Source: a virus
IMG/VR virus record: IMGVR_UViG_3300034101_003424
Span: 28,767 to 92,766 of that record
Strand: one strand, 5' to 3'
DNA: 64,000 nt
Position 1 is the first letter of the stretch. Every line of letters begins with the position of its first letter. The notes under the pieces are model-generated. The model ran no database searches and was not told the DNA's origin. It saw only the letters and a list, made by a program, of their open reading frames with translations. Of the stretch, positions 41,384-50,411 are shown piece after piece. The position numbers and the translations under genes are program-made.

Positions 41384-41461
41384 AGTCAGGGCCGGACTCG
41401 AACCGGATAAGCAACCATTTTACTGGACTTGGAAACCATTCCTCATTATGCCCACCTGACT
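41384..41461 (-). ncRNA. tRNA-like element 5 (acceptor and T arm intact, D/anticodon region aberrant)
   Basis: AGTCAGG/CCTGACT, CCGGTTCGAGTCCGG. Confidence 0.6.
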
Positions 41462-41476
41462 ATTTTTTACTGAGTT

Positions 41477-41866
41477 TTAATCAGCTACGTTCTTTTTTGC
41501 ATTTGCTAAGGGATCAAATCTTGTCTGGATACCTACAAAGTATTTACCCGCAGGAACTACGGTGTGCCTATGATCTTTCTTTAATGTTATCATAGCTTTA
41601 TCTAATGTAACTCCCAAACCTTTTAGCTCCGACTGTAAAGAGTGATTTAATATGCACTCTTCATGAGCATCGATAACAAGTCCTCCATCTTCAAATTCGT
41701 AAATGTCGTAGTTACCAAATAAAGCATGAAAACTACCAGACCTTTCAGATGCAGCTATAAATCTTTTCTCTATCTTTTTAATACCCTTAGGTAAATCCGA
41801 CAGTGTGAAGAATTGAACATCGCCTTGATGAAAGCCTTCGTTCTTAAATTTTAATTTGCTTTTCAT
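41477..41866 (-). CDS. Conserved partner of DUF6745-like proteins (QGDV family)
   Basis: HQGDV...E.SG..H...H...H...PAG.Y....Q..FDP......VAD pattern. Confidence 0.65.
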   Translation of the reverse strand: MKSKLKFKNEGFHQGDVQFFTLSDLPKGIKKIEKRFIAASERSGSFHALFGNYDIYEFEDGGLVIDAHEECILNHSLQSELKGLGVTLDKAMITLKKDHRHTVVPAGKYFVGIQTRFDPLANAKKNVAD

Positions 41867-41885
41867 AATAATAATAGTTTTAAAT

Positions 41886-42842
41886 TTAGTTTGCAGATTG
41901 CCAAGTATAATCTATGTCACCTGGTACATTATCAGGTCTATGCCATTTAGCACATTTTACAGCATCTTTAAATGTAGGACAAGTGTCAATTAAATATACT
42001 GATTTTGTGCTAGGACAAGTAAACTCAATCCATGCGTAAGGTTGATCCAACTCACCTTTGCTATTTTGTAAGAATGAGTATGTTTTATTTGTTTTATACA
42101 ATCTTATTATTTCCTCATACCCGTTCTTATGTACCACGGTTTGCTCATCTACAATAGATGCATCTAACATTTCCAGGACACCCTCATTTCCGTAATTTTC
42201 TTTAATTATGGTAATGATAGCAGCTTTAATATCTTCGTTATCTTGATTATGAAAAGCAATCTTAGCATTAATTAACGAGCTGCATTCTTCGAATAACTCT
42301 TTTTCCAAGAATCTACCATTAACATAGTGCTGCCCATATCCATCAGCAAATTCAATGGCAAATCCTGTAGTACAATGTAAGTCATTATTTTCGTTCCTAG
42401 ATATTTTTTTAGGATACTTAGACACGAGGCAAACTTTGTCCATTTGTATTTGAAGATAGGAGTTTTCAACACATTCTAGGACTAAGTTAAAATCATCTTT
42501 GTATTCATCAAGAATATCAAAATTATCCATAAAGAAACTGTAGAAAGATAGCCATGAAATATCATCAACATTGATATAGGATGAGAACGGCTCATATACT
42601 AGGTTATCTTTATTCCCCATCAATTCATTCACTTTAACTTGACATTGCATAGGACTGTCTAGCAAAAGTACTTCCGGCTCTTCCAATCCGCAAAACTTGT
42701 ATAGCCTTTTCATTGAAATCTCGGTTCTGTCTTTATCATGGTTATTATAAAACTCATAATTAAAAACTTTACTCAACCACTTTTCTCTGTGGGAATCCAA
42801 CTTTGCCTCTTGCTCTGGGGTCAAACTTTCTATTTTCTTCAT
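41886..42842 (-). CDS. DUF6745-like protein lacking the internal QV/QL repeat segment
   Basis: IESLTPEQEA...REKW...LY...GL..P....DSP; WLSFY.FF; LH...G.AIEF.DG...HY.NG; CPST..VY. Confidence 0.65.
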   Translation of the reverse strand: MKKIESLTPEQEAKLDSHREKWLSKVFNYEFYNNHDKDRTEISMKRLYKFCGLEEPEVLLLDSPMQCQVKVNELMGNKDNLVYEPFSSYINVDDISWLSFYSFFMDNFDILDEYKDDFNLVLECVENSYLQIQMDKVCLVSKYPKKISRNENNDLHCTTGFAIEFADGYGQHYVNGRFLEKELFEECSSLINAKIAFHNQDNEDIKAAIITIIKENYGNEGVLEMLDASIVDEQTVVHKNGYEEIIRLYKTNKTYSFLQNSKGELDQPYAWIEFTCPSTKSVYLIDTCPTFKDAVKCAKWHRPDNVPGDIDYTWQSAN

Positions 42843-42944
42843 TATACAACAATTTTAAAAGGTAATAAACTAATTATGATGCAAATATAATAACATTCTT
42901 GGACTTTTCCTAATTTTATATGTCAAGTACATGTTAATATCTTG

Positions 42945-43202
42945 TTAATGTTTAGTATTTTGCGGGGAATACATATTTAATAATCTAAAATTGATTTTTT
43001 TTACTTGACCCATTACTGGACGCCATACTTTAAATCTTATTTGATCCGTTATTTGTCTACTCACTAGATTTTCAACTTTTTTTATTACTTGACTTGATAT
43101 TTCATCTTTTTCATGATTCTCTTTTTCATAATCCCACAGTCCATATACAGTATGATTCCATATCTTGTCCTGTACTAAATTACTTATATTCTCCATAATC
43201 AC
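42945..43202 (-). CDS. Array mini-gene 21
   Basis: ORF track; QV/W-rich helix. Confidence 0.65.
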   Translation of the reverse strand: MIMENISNLVQDKIWNHTVYGLWDYEKENHEKDEISSQVIKKVENLVSRQITDQIRFKVWRPVMGQVKKINFRLLNMYSPQNTKH

Positions 43203-43405
43203 ATGTTTAAATTTACTTTATTATCCAATGCAATCCATGCTTGAACTCTTACTCCATTAAATATTTGCCCTCCCAATAAATCTTCAACATTATTACCTAC
43301 TTTATCAGTTATTTTCTGCTCTACTTGATTAGATAGATGATTCCATAACATAACCCTCATCTTATAATTTACATGATTTGATACTTTACTTCTTATATTC
43401 TTCAT
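43199..43405 (-). CDS. Array mini-gene 20
   Basis: ORF track; ATGA overlap. Confidence 0.7.
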   Translation of the reverse strand: MKNIRSKVSNHVNYKMRVMLWNHLSNQVEQKITDKVGNNVEDLLGGQIFNGVRVQAWIALDNKVNLNM

Positions 43406-43632
43406 AACCTAATATTTTGTTTTACTTGTTTCATTATATTTAGTTTTACTTGACTAGGAGAAACTACAGTATCCTCTACTTTAATTCTGGCTTCGCCCTT
43501 TATCATACTCTCTTTGTTAGCATATAATTGATGCCACATCTGAAAAGATATATCACTACGTACTTGCCTATATTTTTTTCCCTTTGATTTACCTCGCAAC
43601 ATATTTGATAACATACTCACTATATTTTTCAT
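43402..43632 (-). CDS. Array mini-gene 19
   Basis: ORF track; ends QVKQNIRL. Confidence 0.7.
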   Translation of the reverse strand: MKNIVSMLSNMLRGKSKGKKYRQVRSDISFQMWHQLYANKESMIKGEARIKVEDTVVSPSQVKLNIMKQVKQNIRL

Positions 43633-43799
43633 AATCTAATATTTTGTTTCATGATTATTGTCTGCATACGTAATCGCTGATCAAGAGGGATATATACTTG
43701 TTTATTTGTTCCGAAATTCGTATGTAAGGATATACGCTTAGTCCATACCAAATAATTAGTAGATATACATTCCCTCATTTTATCTTTAATATTTTTCAT
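43629..43799 (-). CDS. Array mini-gene 18 (56 aa)
   Basis: Read manually: MKNIKDKMRECIS...IMKQNIRL*. Confidence 0.7.
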   Translation of the reverse strand: MKNIKDKMRECISTNYLVWTKRISLHTNFGTNKQVYIPLDQRLRMQTIIMKQNIRL

Positions 43800-43981
43800 A
43801 ACCTAATATTTTGTTTTACTCTATTTTCTGTTTGGGTAAATATTGGATCATTCACTTTATTATCTGCTATAATCCAAACTTTATTACTCACATGCCAATT
43901 AAATCCTTTTCTAAATTTTAACATTGTCTGGACTAATTTATCATTCATCTGGCCCGCCATAACATTTTTAAGATTATTCAT
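43796..43981 (-). CDS. Array mini-gene 17
   Basis: ORF track; ends VKQNIRL. Confidence 0.7.
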   Translation of the reverse strand: MNNLKNVMAGQMNDKLVQTMLKFRKGFNWHVSNKVWIIADNKVNDPIFTQTENRVKQNIRL

Positions 43982-44174
43982 GATTATTTTTTTTTAAACG
44001 AATAAGTATTTGCTTGTTTACTTGAGAACCTGCTTGATTCCATAATTTTCTCATTCTCACTGTGCCACTCACATTTTCTTCAACTTTGTCCCGGACGCGA
44101 ACTCTTATTAGTCCCCATAAGCCATCAACTTTATCACTTATGCGTTTCCATACTTCATTTTCAACATTCTTCAT
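43974..44174 (-). CDS. Array mini-gene 16
   Basis: Start moved to MKNVENEV. Confidence 0.7.
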   Translation of the reverse strand: MKNVENEVWKRISDKVDGLWGLIRVRVRDKVEENVSGTVRMRKLWNQAGSQVNKQILIRLKKNNHE

Positions 44175-44389
44175 ATTTCTAAAATTTGTCTTATGCGTTC
44201 CCATTCTTGATCTAGTACTTTAGCTTCTAATTCATCTCCTACTCCATTTCCAATTCGATCCCATATTTGCTTATCTCCCTTGTTCCATATTTTTTTTCTT
44301 AATTTAGTTACTACTTGTTCACTTAGTTGATTAATCAAAAGCGTCCTTACTTGATACATCTTTTCGTTGATTTGATTTTTAGTTTTCAT
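44171..44389 (-). CDS. Array mini-gene 15
   Basis: ORF track. Confidence 0.7.
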   Translation of the reverse strand: MKTKNQINEKMYQVRTLLINQLSEQVVTKLRKKIWNKGDKQIWDRIGNGVGDELEAKVLDQEWERIRQILEI

Positions 44390-44393
44390 AACT

Positions 44394-44585
44394 TCATGTT
44401 TTGTTTACTTGTTCATACAACCTATCCCGAACTTGTCTATATGCCCAACTACTTGTTCTGGAATTTGTTTTAGTCCTCACATCACTCCTCACTTTTCTGA
44501 AAACTAGATTTACCAATACAGCACCTGATGGATTCGATAGCCTATCTCTTATTCCACTCGCTATACTATTATTCACATTGTTCAT
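44394..44585 (-). CDS. Array mini-gene 14 (1-nt deletion in tail)
   Basis: Start MNNVNN; ends QVNKT instead of QVKQNMKL. Confidence 0.65.
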   Translation of the reverse strand: MNNVNNSIASGIRDRLSNPSGAVLVNLVFRKVRSDVRTKTNSRTSSWAYRQVRDRLYEQVNKT

Positions 44586-44758
44586 AATTTGATATTTTGT
44601 TTTACCGGCTGCCATACTATATAACGTGCTCTATTTTTTACTTGATTCCGGACTTCATTATGAACTTGCCTAGATGTTAATAGCCATAATTCATTAAGCA
44701 GTTGAGTACCTCCCTGCTGCCATATTTTAGCTTTAATTTTATCCTTTACATTCTTCAT
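44582..44758 (-). CDS. Array mini-gene 13 (58 aa)
   Basis: Read manually: MKNVKDKIKAKIW...WQPVKQNIKL*. Confidence 0.7.
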   Translation of the reverse strand: MKNVKDKIKAKIWQQGGTQLLNELWLLTSRQVHNEVRNQVKNRARYIVWQPVKQNIKL

Positions 44759-44931
44759 AACTTTATATTTCGTATTACTTGACTAACTAATCCCTCCTTA
44801 ATTTCAATATGCATAAAAACACTTATTTGATTCCACACTTTAAATCTTACTGGGCTACTAACTTTATTACTCATTGGAGACATTAATTGATTTCTTATTT
44901 GTTCACTTACTTCATTTTCAACATTCTTCAT
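44755..44931 (-). CDS. Array mini-gene 12
   Basis: Start moved to MKNVENEV. Confidence 0.7.
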   Translation of the reverse strand: MKNVENEVSEQIRNQLMSPMSNKVSSPVRFKVWNQISVFMHIEIKEGLVSQVIRNIKL

Positions 44932-45137
44932 AACTTTATTTTTTGTGCTACATGATACCATACCTGTCTCCTTACTTGATCCGCCAATTTATTAGTAGTT
45001 AATTCAACCATTTGATTAGTTACTTTACCGGATACTTTCATTTCTATTTTATGCTCTACCATATTTCGGGTGTGCACTCTTAAATTCATCCATAATTTAT
45101 CACATGAAGATGCTGTTTGTTTCTGTACCTTTTTCAT
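44928..45137 (-). CDS. Array mini-gene 11
   Basis: ORF track. Confidence 0.7.
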   Translation of the reverse strand: MKKVQKQTASSCDKLWMNLRVHTRNMVEHKIEMKVSGKVTNQMVELTTNKLADQVRRQVWYHVAQKIKL

Positions 45138-45322
45138 AACTTCTTATTTTGTTTTAATTGAGCCCATACTTGCAAACATACCTGATCTCTGGGTTTCACC
45201 CACACTTGACTGTCTATTCTAGCTTCTACCTGGTCATTTACTTGACTCTTTGTTAAAATCCGTAGTAGATTTCTTAATCCAATATTCATTTTATAAGTTA
45301 TAGTATCATTTACAGTCTTCAT
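45134..45322 (-). CDS. Array mini-gene 10
   Basis: ORF track. Confidence 0.7.
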   Translation of the reverse strand: MKTVNDTITYKMNIGLRNLLRILTKSQVNDQVEARIDSQVWVKPRDQVCLQVWAQLKQNKKL

Positions 45323-45513
45323 AACTTCATGTTTTCTTTTACGTGAAAAGCTATTTGATTTGTTATTTCAGTTGTTGCTTGATATCTTAATTGAATTAGA
45401 TCCTTGATTAAATACCATACCTGAGTATTAATTTTATTACCTAGTTTTATTCTTAATTCACTTCTCAATTCACCACTTATTTTTTGGTATACTTGTTTCT
45501 TTACATTTATCAT
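45319..45513 (-). CDS. Array mini-gene 9
   Basis: ORF track. Confidence 0.7.
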   Translation of the reverse strand: MINVKKQVYQKISGELRSELRIKLGNKINTQVWYLIKDLIQLRYQATTEITNQIAFHVKENMKL

Positions 45514-45710
45514 AACTTCTTATTTTGTTTTACTTGAATACATAGTTGATCTTTCATTTGATCACTTATCTGTTCAATTACCGGATTTCTTACTACATTC
45601 CATACTCGATCTATTACGGAACTACTTGATAAATCCCATACTTTATTTCTTCCCGGATTAAGTACTTTACCTCTTACTTGATCCCATACCTTTCTTCTTT
45701 CACTTCTCAT
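45510..45710 (-). CDS. Array mini-gene 8
   Basis: Start moved to MRSERRKVWDQV. Confidence 0.7.
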   Translation of the reverse strand: MRSERRKVWDQVRGKVLNPGRNKVWDLSSSSVIDRVWNVVRNPVIEQISDQMKDQLCIQVKQNKKL

Positions 45711-45904
45711 ACTTTTCTTATTGGCCATGATGCGTCTATGTTTTCCTGCACATCAATATATAATGAATCAAATATCTGTCCTCTTATTCTACTCCCTATT
45801 TTATCTTCTACCAAGTCCCTTACTTGATTACCTATAGTACTCCATACTGGACTTTTTACTATAATTCTTATTTCACTACTTACTTCATTTCGCACATTCT
45901 TCAT
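45707..45904 (-). CDS. Array mini-gene 7
   Basis: Start moved to MKNVRNEV. Confidence 0.7.
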   Translation of the reverse strand: MKNVRNEVSSEIRIIVKSPVWSTIGNQVRDLVEDKIGSRIRGQIFDSLYIDVQENIDASWPIRKV

Positions 45905-46065
45905 AACTTTATGTTTTCTTTTACTTGCTCCCACAATTGATTACTTACTTTATTACGTACTTGATTACGTACTTGATGATTTACTTCATGTCGTACGTTA
46001 TCCTCTACTCCATACCATACTTTATCACATACTTTATCACTTATTTTTTCACTTACATCCTTCAT
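45901..46065 (-). CDS. Array mini-gene 6 (54 aa)
   Basis: Start moved to MKDVSEKISDKV. Confidence 0.75.
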   Translation of the reverse strand: MKDVSEKISDKVCDKVWYGVEDNVRHEVNHQVRNQVRNKVSNQLWEQVKENIKL

Positions 46066-46226
46066 AACTTTATGTTTTCTTTTACTTGCTCCCATAATAG
46101 AATACGTACTTTATTTTTTACTTGACTCTGTACTTCCTTCGATACTTGGTTCCATACATCTTTCCATACTTTACTACTTATTTTACCACCTATTTTATCA
46201 CTTATTTTTTCACTTACATCCTTCAT
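46062..46226 (-). CDS. Array mini-gene 5 (54 aa)
   Basis: Read manually: MKDVSEKISDKIGG...LWEQVKENIKL*. Confidence 0.75.
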   Translation of the reverse strand: MKDVSEKISDKIGGKISSKVWKDVWNQVSKEVQSQVKNKVRILLWEQVKENIKL

Positions 46227-46387
46227 AACTTTACATTTTGTTTTACTTGAGCCGATTGTTGATTACATACTTGAATCCATACTTGATCGCTTATTTTCTT
46301 CCATACTTGATTCCACACTACATCATCTACTTGATGCAATACTTTACTTCCTATCTGCTGTCTTACTTTATTTCTCATATCCCTCAT
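46223..46387 (-). CDS. Array mini-gene 4 (54 aa)
   Basis: Read manually: MRDMRNKVRQQ...VWNQVWKKISDQVW...QVKQNVKL*. Confidence 0.75.
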   Translation of the reverse strand: MRDMRNKVRQQIGSKVLHQVDDVVWNQVWKKISDQVWIQVCNQQSAQVKQNVKL

Positions 46388-46646
46388 AACTTCACATTTT
46401 GTTTTATCTGTCCCTAAATTTGATTTGATAATTGGTCATGTTTATCCTCTCCAATTTGAATACATGCCTTACCTCATTACTTACTCTACCCTTTACTCTA
46501 TTACTTACTTGATTTCGTATTTGATTGCTTACTTGATCGCGTACTTGCTTACTTACTCGAGTCCATAATTTACTACTTGCTTTACTCCATGTTTGATTCA
46601 TAATATCTCTTACATGCTCTCTGACTTTGTTATCCACATTATTCAT
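46384..46646 (-). pseudogene. Array mini-gene 3 (frameshifted; current ORF 46404-46646)
   Basis: Canonical tail CIQI...DQLSNQI*GQIKQNVKL lies in another frame and contains a TAG. Confidence 0.55.
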
Positions 46647-46825
46647 AACTTCATATTTTGCTGTACCTGTTTAATTACTTGAAGTCCCAATTGATTCCAT
46701 GCTCGATTCCATACTTGAATACATACTTCATTACTTACTTCATCTTTATTTTTTATCTTCCCTCCTATTCCATTCCTTAGTCGCCTGGTTATTTTATCAT
46801 GTACTTCCTTATTTACATTCTTCAT
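46643..46825 (-). CDS. Array mini-gene 2
   Basis: ORF track; ends QVQQNMKL. Confidence 0.75.
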   Translation of the reverse strand: MKNVNKEVHDKITRRLRNGIGGKIKNKDEVSNEVCIQVWNRAWNQLGLQVIKQVQQNMKL

Positions 46826-47010
46826 AACTTTACATTTTGCTGTACCTGTTTAATTACTTGAATCCATAATTGATCACTTGTCTGCTCAATTATTGGATCT
46901 CTTACTTTAATCCACACTTTATCTCCGACTAGATTCCCTATTTTACCGTCTGCTTGACTCACCATTTTACTTGCTATCCTCTCTCTTACTGTATTTTCTA
47001 CATTCTCCAT
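46822..47010 (-). CDS. Array mini-gene 1
   Basis: ORF track; ends QVQQNVKL. Confidence 0.75.
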   Translation of the reverse strand: MENVENTVRERIASKMVSQADGKIGNLVGDKVWIKVRDPIIEQTSDQLWIQVIKQVQQNVKL

Positions 47011-47275
47011 AACTTTACATTTTGTTTTACCTGGTTTTCTGAATATTTCGCGGGGACACTACATAATACATAATCCCAGTAATACATCATTTAATCATAA
47101 TACAAACATACAACATTAAAATAACATATCCAAACATAATAACAATAACAATAAAAATAAAAACATTTACTCCATCATTTATACCATCATAAAATAAAAC
47201 ATCATTCATCATACATCTAACATCAATATACATTCCATCCTACTTTATTCCCTAATGTATTCCCTCATTTACTCC

Positions 47276-47323
47276 ATCATGTACGGTATCATGTATGGCA
47301 TCATGTCCGGTATCATGTACGGT
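47276..47323. repeat. Four tandem 12-bp repeats (ATCATGTACGGT consensus)
   Basis: atcatgtacggt atcatgtatggc atcatgtccggt atcatgtacggt. Confidence 0.85.
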
Positions 47324-48150
47324 AACATCTATTCCATAAAGACATCCATATATCATAACATCATCTATAAAATCATCTATAAAGCATATCAGTAACATAA
47401 AGAATATAAAATGTAATCCTAATCAACATGACTGTAACATGGAAAGATATGTGATAAATGAAAGAAAATGATATAAATAGAAAGGTCAAATCAATCACGT
47501 GTAGGAGTAGTACTGGAAATGACGTGCAAGTATCGGGAAAGGAGCAGCAAAAAATACGTTCTATGTAGTAAGTTAAATTGTAGTGCATCTGGGTTAATAT
47601 GTGGATAAGTGGGGGGTTGTCAGGCGAATTTTTTCATCGAATGCCTTTATTTCGCACACAGTTGGCTTCTAATGAACTTTGGGCGGAACCCTTCGTCTAG
47701 TTCCACCCACCATGAGAAGATGCAGCAGAATGAACGCTACATGCCTAAAAATGGATTCTATGATGTCTAATTGGAAAGCATGTTGAACACATATTTAAAT
47801 CCATAATATAAGAGGGTTGGAGTGATTATTAGGATGAAAGATATGATGTATACCTGTTTGTCCGTTAGTTTAGATACCCAATGTTCGTTATTTTCTTCCA
47901 TTTTGTTTGATTTTTCCATCATTTGTGCATTTTTTAGACATTTTGTTGTGCATTTTTGATGATTAGTGATAAAAAATAGCATTGATTGTCAACATTTTAT
48001 GATTTTTTTGATCTTTTTGTGACTAGAGAGATAGAATAAAATGCATCTTTCTCATCTAATTGACATGTTTAAAATTGAAATACCATTGACAATCAATCAT
48101 TTACATTTTTTGTTGATCTTTTTGTGGCCGGGGAGATAGAAACATAAAGA

Positions 48151-48178
48151 AAGGGGACTGGCTTTCGCCAGTCCCCTT
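48151..48178. terminator. Strong hairpin / terminator after the 48193 gene
   Basis: AAGGGGACTGGC-TTTC-GCCAGTCCCCTT. Confidence 0.7.
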
Positions 48179-48192
48179 CTCACATGCAACCA

Positions 48193-48378
48193 TTAACCAA
48201 GTATGTCTATGATACATGCGAGGGATAGAGCCATTCCGGAGAAGATTAACAATGCTCCTGGTACTTTCTTTTCCCAAACAGATGTTACTGTTCCTTTGTC
48301 GGCTAAGACTACTAAACCCATAATCATAAAGATAATGGCTACAATTGATAACGCAACTAAAACGGTTGTTGATAACAT
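48193..48378 (-). CDS. Small membrane protein
   Basis: Two TM helices. Confidence 0.6.
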   Translation of the reverse strand: MLSTTVLVALSIVAIIFMIMGLVVLADKGTVTSVWEKKVPGALLIFSGMALSLACIIDILG

Positions 48379-48422
48379 TTTAAAAAGATTTAATGGTTAT
48401 GTTAAAATTAATTCATGTAATA

Positions 48423-48836
48423 TTAAAATGGTAAGTCGTCGTCGGATAGTACTGAGCTTGGCGCCGTAGTATTAACCGGTACTGTTATGGGATCATACTG
48501 GAATACATCGTCGAACTTATTCTCTTTAGGTGCAGGCTTTGGTTTTGCTGCGTAAGTTGATTGTCCTTTAGCTTCGTCCTTCTTGTAAGTGTCTATGCTA
48601 ATGGCGTGGGTCCGGAACTTATCCTCTTCTTTTACTTCCTTTAGTGGCCATGCGATAAGCGGTAGATATTTCTTCCCAGTCTTCTCGGACACATAGATGA
48701 ATTGAGCGACATCCGGATCCTTCATACACATCTCGAATAGGTCGGTAATGCATATACTCATACCAAAGCCTGTAGAATCTTTTGTTTGGATTAGTCTGCC
48801 GTTACCTACAAACTTTTTACTCTTCTGTTGTTCCAT
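48423..48836 (-). CDS. Putative ssDNA-binding-like protein
   Basis: Acidic C-terminal DDDLPF tail typical of SSBs. Confidence 0.5.
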   Translation of the reverse strand: MEQQKSKKFVGNGRLIQTKDSTGFGMSICITDLFEMCMKDPDVAQFIYVSEKTGKKYLPLIAWPLKEVKEEDKFRTHAISIDTYKKDEAKGQSTYAAKPKPAPKENKFDDVFQYDPITVPVNTTAPSSVLSDDDLPF

Positions 48837-48845
48837 GTTAATTTA

Positions 48846-49154
48846 TTAATGGGTTGCACCCTGTTTGTTAATGTTTATAAATTCTGTGATCTGTTTGGCC
48901 ATGTTCAATGTAATCCATGGAAATAACTTACCGTTCTCTTCCATGCTTACTATGTTTATGTTACCGGTCGGATTGTGGACCATTGCCATGTACTCCATGT
49001 ATTGTTTATGAACCGGATTAAAGTCACCGGTTAAAACATACAATTCAACTCCGTCGGTTTGTAGTCGTTTACCGCAGTACCTAACTCCGTTCAACCTAAT
49101 GGAGAGTGCGTCGTTGAACCGTTCTTTAAATGTCTCCAAAGTCATCGTAAGCAT
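48846..49154 (-). CDS. Hypothetical protein
   Basis: 102-aa ORF. Confidence 0.55.
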   Translation of the reverse strand: MLTMTLETFKERFNDALSIRLNGVRYCGKRLQTDGVELYVLTGDFNPVHKQYMEYMAMVHNPTGNINIVSMEENGKLFPWITLNMAKQITEFININKQGATH

Positions 49155-49479
49155 CTTTTATGAATTGTTTACTTAGTACGTACATGTAGTGAGACTTAAA
49201 CGTTTCTTTTGCTACGCCGTATATTTCCTCCTGGCTTTTCCTTGCCTTTATATCTTTCTCTAGCTTCTGTACTTCCGGAGAGTAGGTATATGTCTTCTTC
49301 GTTACTTTCGTTACCGATATAAAGGAAGTAGATAACGTTTCTAAATTCTCTTCAGCCAGAGCCTCCTGTACTTCCTTCTTAAGTGCGTTCTCTTTTTCCT
49401 CTAACTCTTTCCGCTGTTGTATGAGTACTGCCGTTCTATTTAACAGCCGTTCTATTTTGGCATTTTCCATGTTGATCAT
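49126..49479 (-). CDS. Coiled-coil hypothetical protein
   Basis: Downstream of a TATCTTTG promoter near 49491. Confidence 0.6.
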   Translation of the reverse strand: MINMENAKIERLLNRTAVLIQQRKELEEKENALKKEVQEALAEENLETLSTSFISVTKVTKKTYTYSPEVQKLEKDIKARKSQEEIYGVAKETFKSHYMYVLSKQFIKDAYDDFGDI

Positions 49480-49620
49480 TTTAATATGCTGCAAAGATAA
49501 TACATTCTTTTGATATATGCAAGCCCCGGCGAATATTTTTTTGCATATTTTTTTTGGGCTCTAATCCAAATGCGTTCCTTAATTTTCCGCGGGGCCATTT
49601 TTTCAGGCCCGGCGAACAAT

Positions 49621-50031
49621 TTATGCCGGTAGGGTTAATATACCTTTACATGATTTATAATATTTTCCCCTTTCAGAATCTATTTTTATCTCATAATTTA
49701 TCTGATCTATGAATTCTTTCATTTTTGGAACTTTTACATTTTCAGATACTTTTACCATGTAATCTAAAAATACTTTTGTATCTTCTTCCGTTTTCAATAA
49801 GAATGCTTGCATGTTCTTTTCATCATCTTCAAACAAGGGAAAGAAGAATACATTTGTATCATCTTCCGGATCCTCTATGAGTAGATAAGCAGTACATAAA
49901 TAATTGGAATCTGGAAATGTTTTAATAGATGTAATGACGTTATTGAATATTTCCATCTTATTATCTATGGACTCCCCTAATGATAATGAGTCTAATGATA
50001 TGAGATCCGTTGTATTTAATTTTTTAGACAT
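49621..50031 (-). CDS. Hypothetical protein
   Basis: 136-aa ORF. Confidence 0.6.
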   Translation of the reverse strand: MSKKLNTTDLISLDSLSLGESIDNKMEIFNNVITSIKTFPDSNYLCTAYLLIEDPEDDTNVFFFPLFEDDEKNMQAFLLKTEEDTKVFLDYMVKVSENVKVPKMKEFIDQINYEIKIDSERGKYYKSCKGILTLPA

Positions 50032-50045
50032 GTGTTGAAATGTTT

Positions 50046-50393
50046 TTAATTGGTTAATAAAAAGAACTTCACCGCCGAAAGTAAATCCGGGTAGGTCTTG
50101 TAGGTACCACCGTCAAATGTGTACCGTCTCTTCTTCGAGTTGTAGATTACTTCCCGTTCTTCCCCCCGGAACGACACGACCCTGTTGTTCCTTTGCGGTG
50201 CCACGAACATTAGCATGGTGTTGATGCCGTCTATTACATCTGTACTCCGGTCAACTATAACGTACTCGAACTCATCTTGATCAGGCAACAGGTTTTCAAA
50301 CAGAACAGTATTGTTTATCACGCAACTAATTTGTCTTTGACCATAAGATGAAAACACTCCTAAGAGTAAAAAGGTTGAAAGAATTAATCTCAT
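50046..50393 (-). CDS. Secreted hypothetical protein
   Basis: Bacteroidetes-style signal peptide (...SSYG-Q). Confidence 0.6.
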   Translation of the reverse strand: MRLILSTFLLLGVFSSYGQRQISCVINNTVLFENLLPDQDEFEYVIVDRSTDVIDGINTMLMFVAPQRNNRVVSFRGEEREVIYNSKKRRYTFDGGTYKTYPDLLSAVKFFLLTN

Positions 50394-50411
50394 ATAATTG
50401 ATTTGTTTGTT

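Larger units (their letters stand above)
42945..47010 (-). repeat. Tandem array of 21 paralogous mini-genes with conserved AAAAyrTrArrTTATGAA-type junctions
   Basis: Recurrent + strand ttcataa junctions every ~160-240 bp, mostly with ATGA stop/start overlaps. Confidence 0.9.

Noticed and set aside
42945-47010. CRISPR array interpretation of the regularly spaced junctions
   Set aside because: Junctions are degenerate, units are 160-260 bp, nearly all are open frames with a shared peptide pattern, and no cas genes are visible.
47373-47982. Two 71-aa ORFs in the non-coding region
   Set aside because: Low-complexity, biased composition and no clear leader. The 3' part of 47767-47982 could be a small membrane protein but is unsupported.
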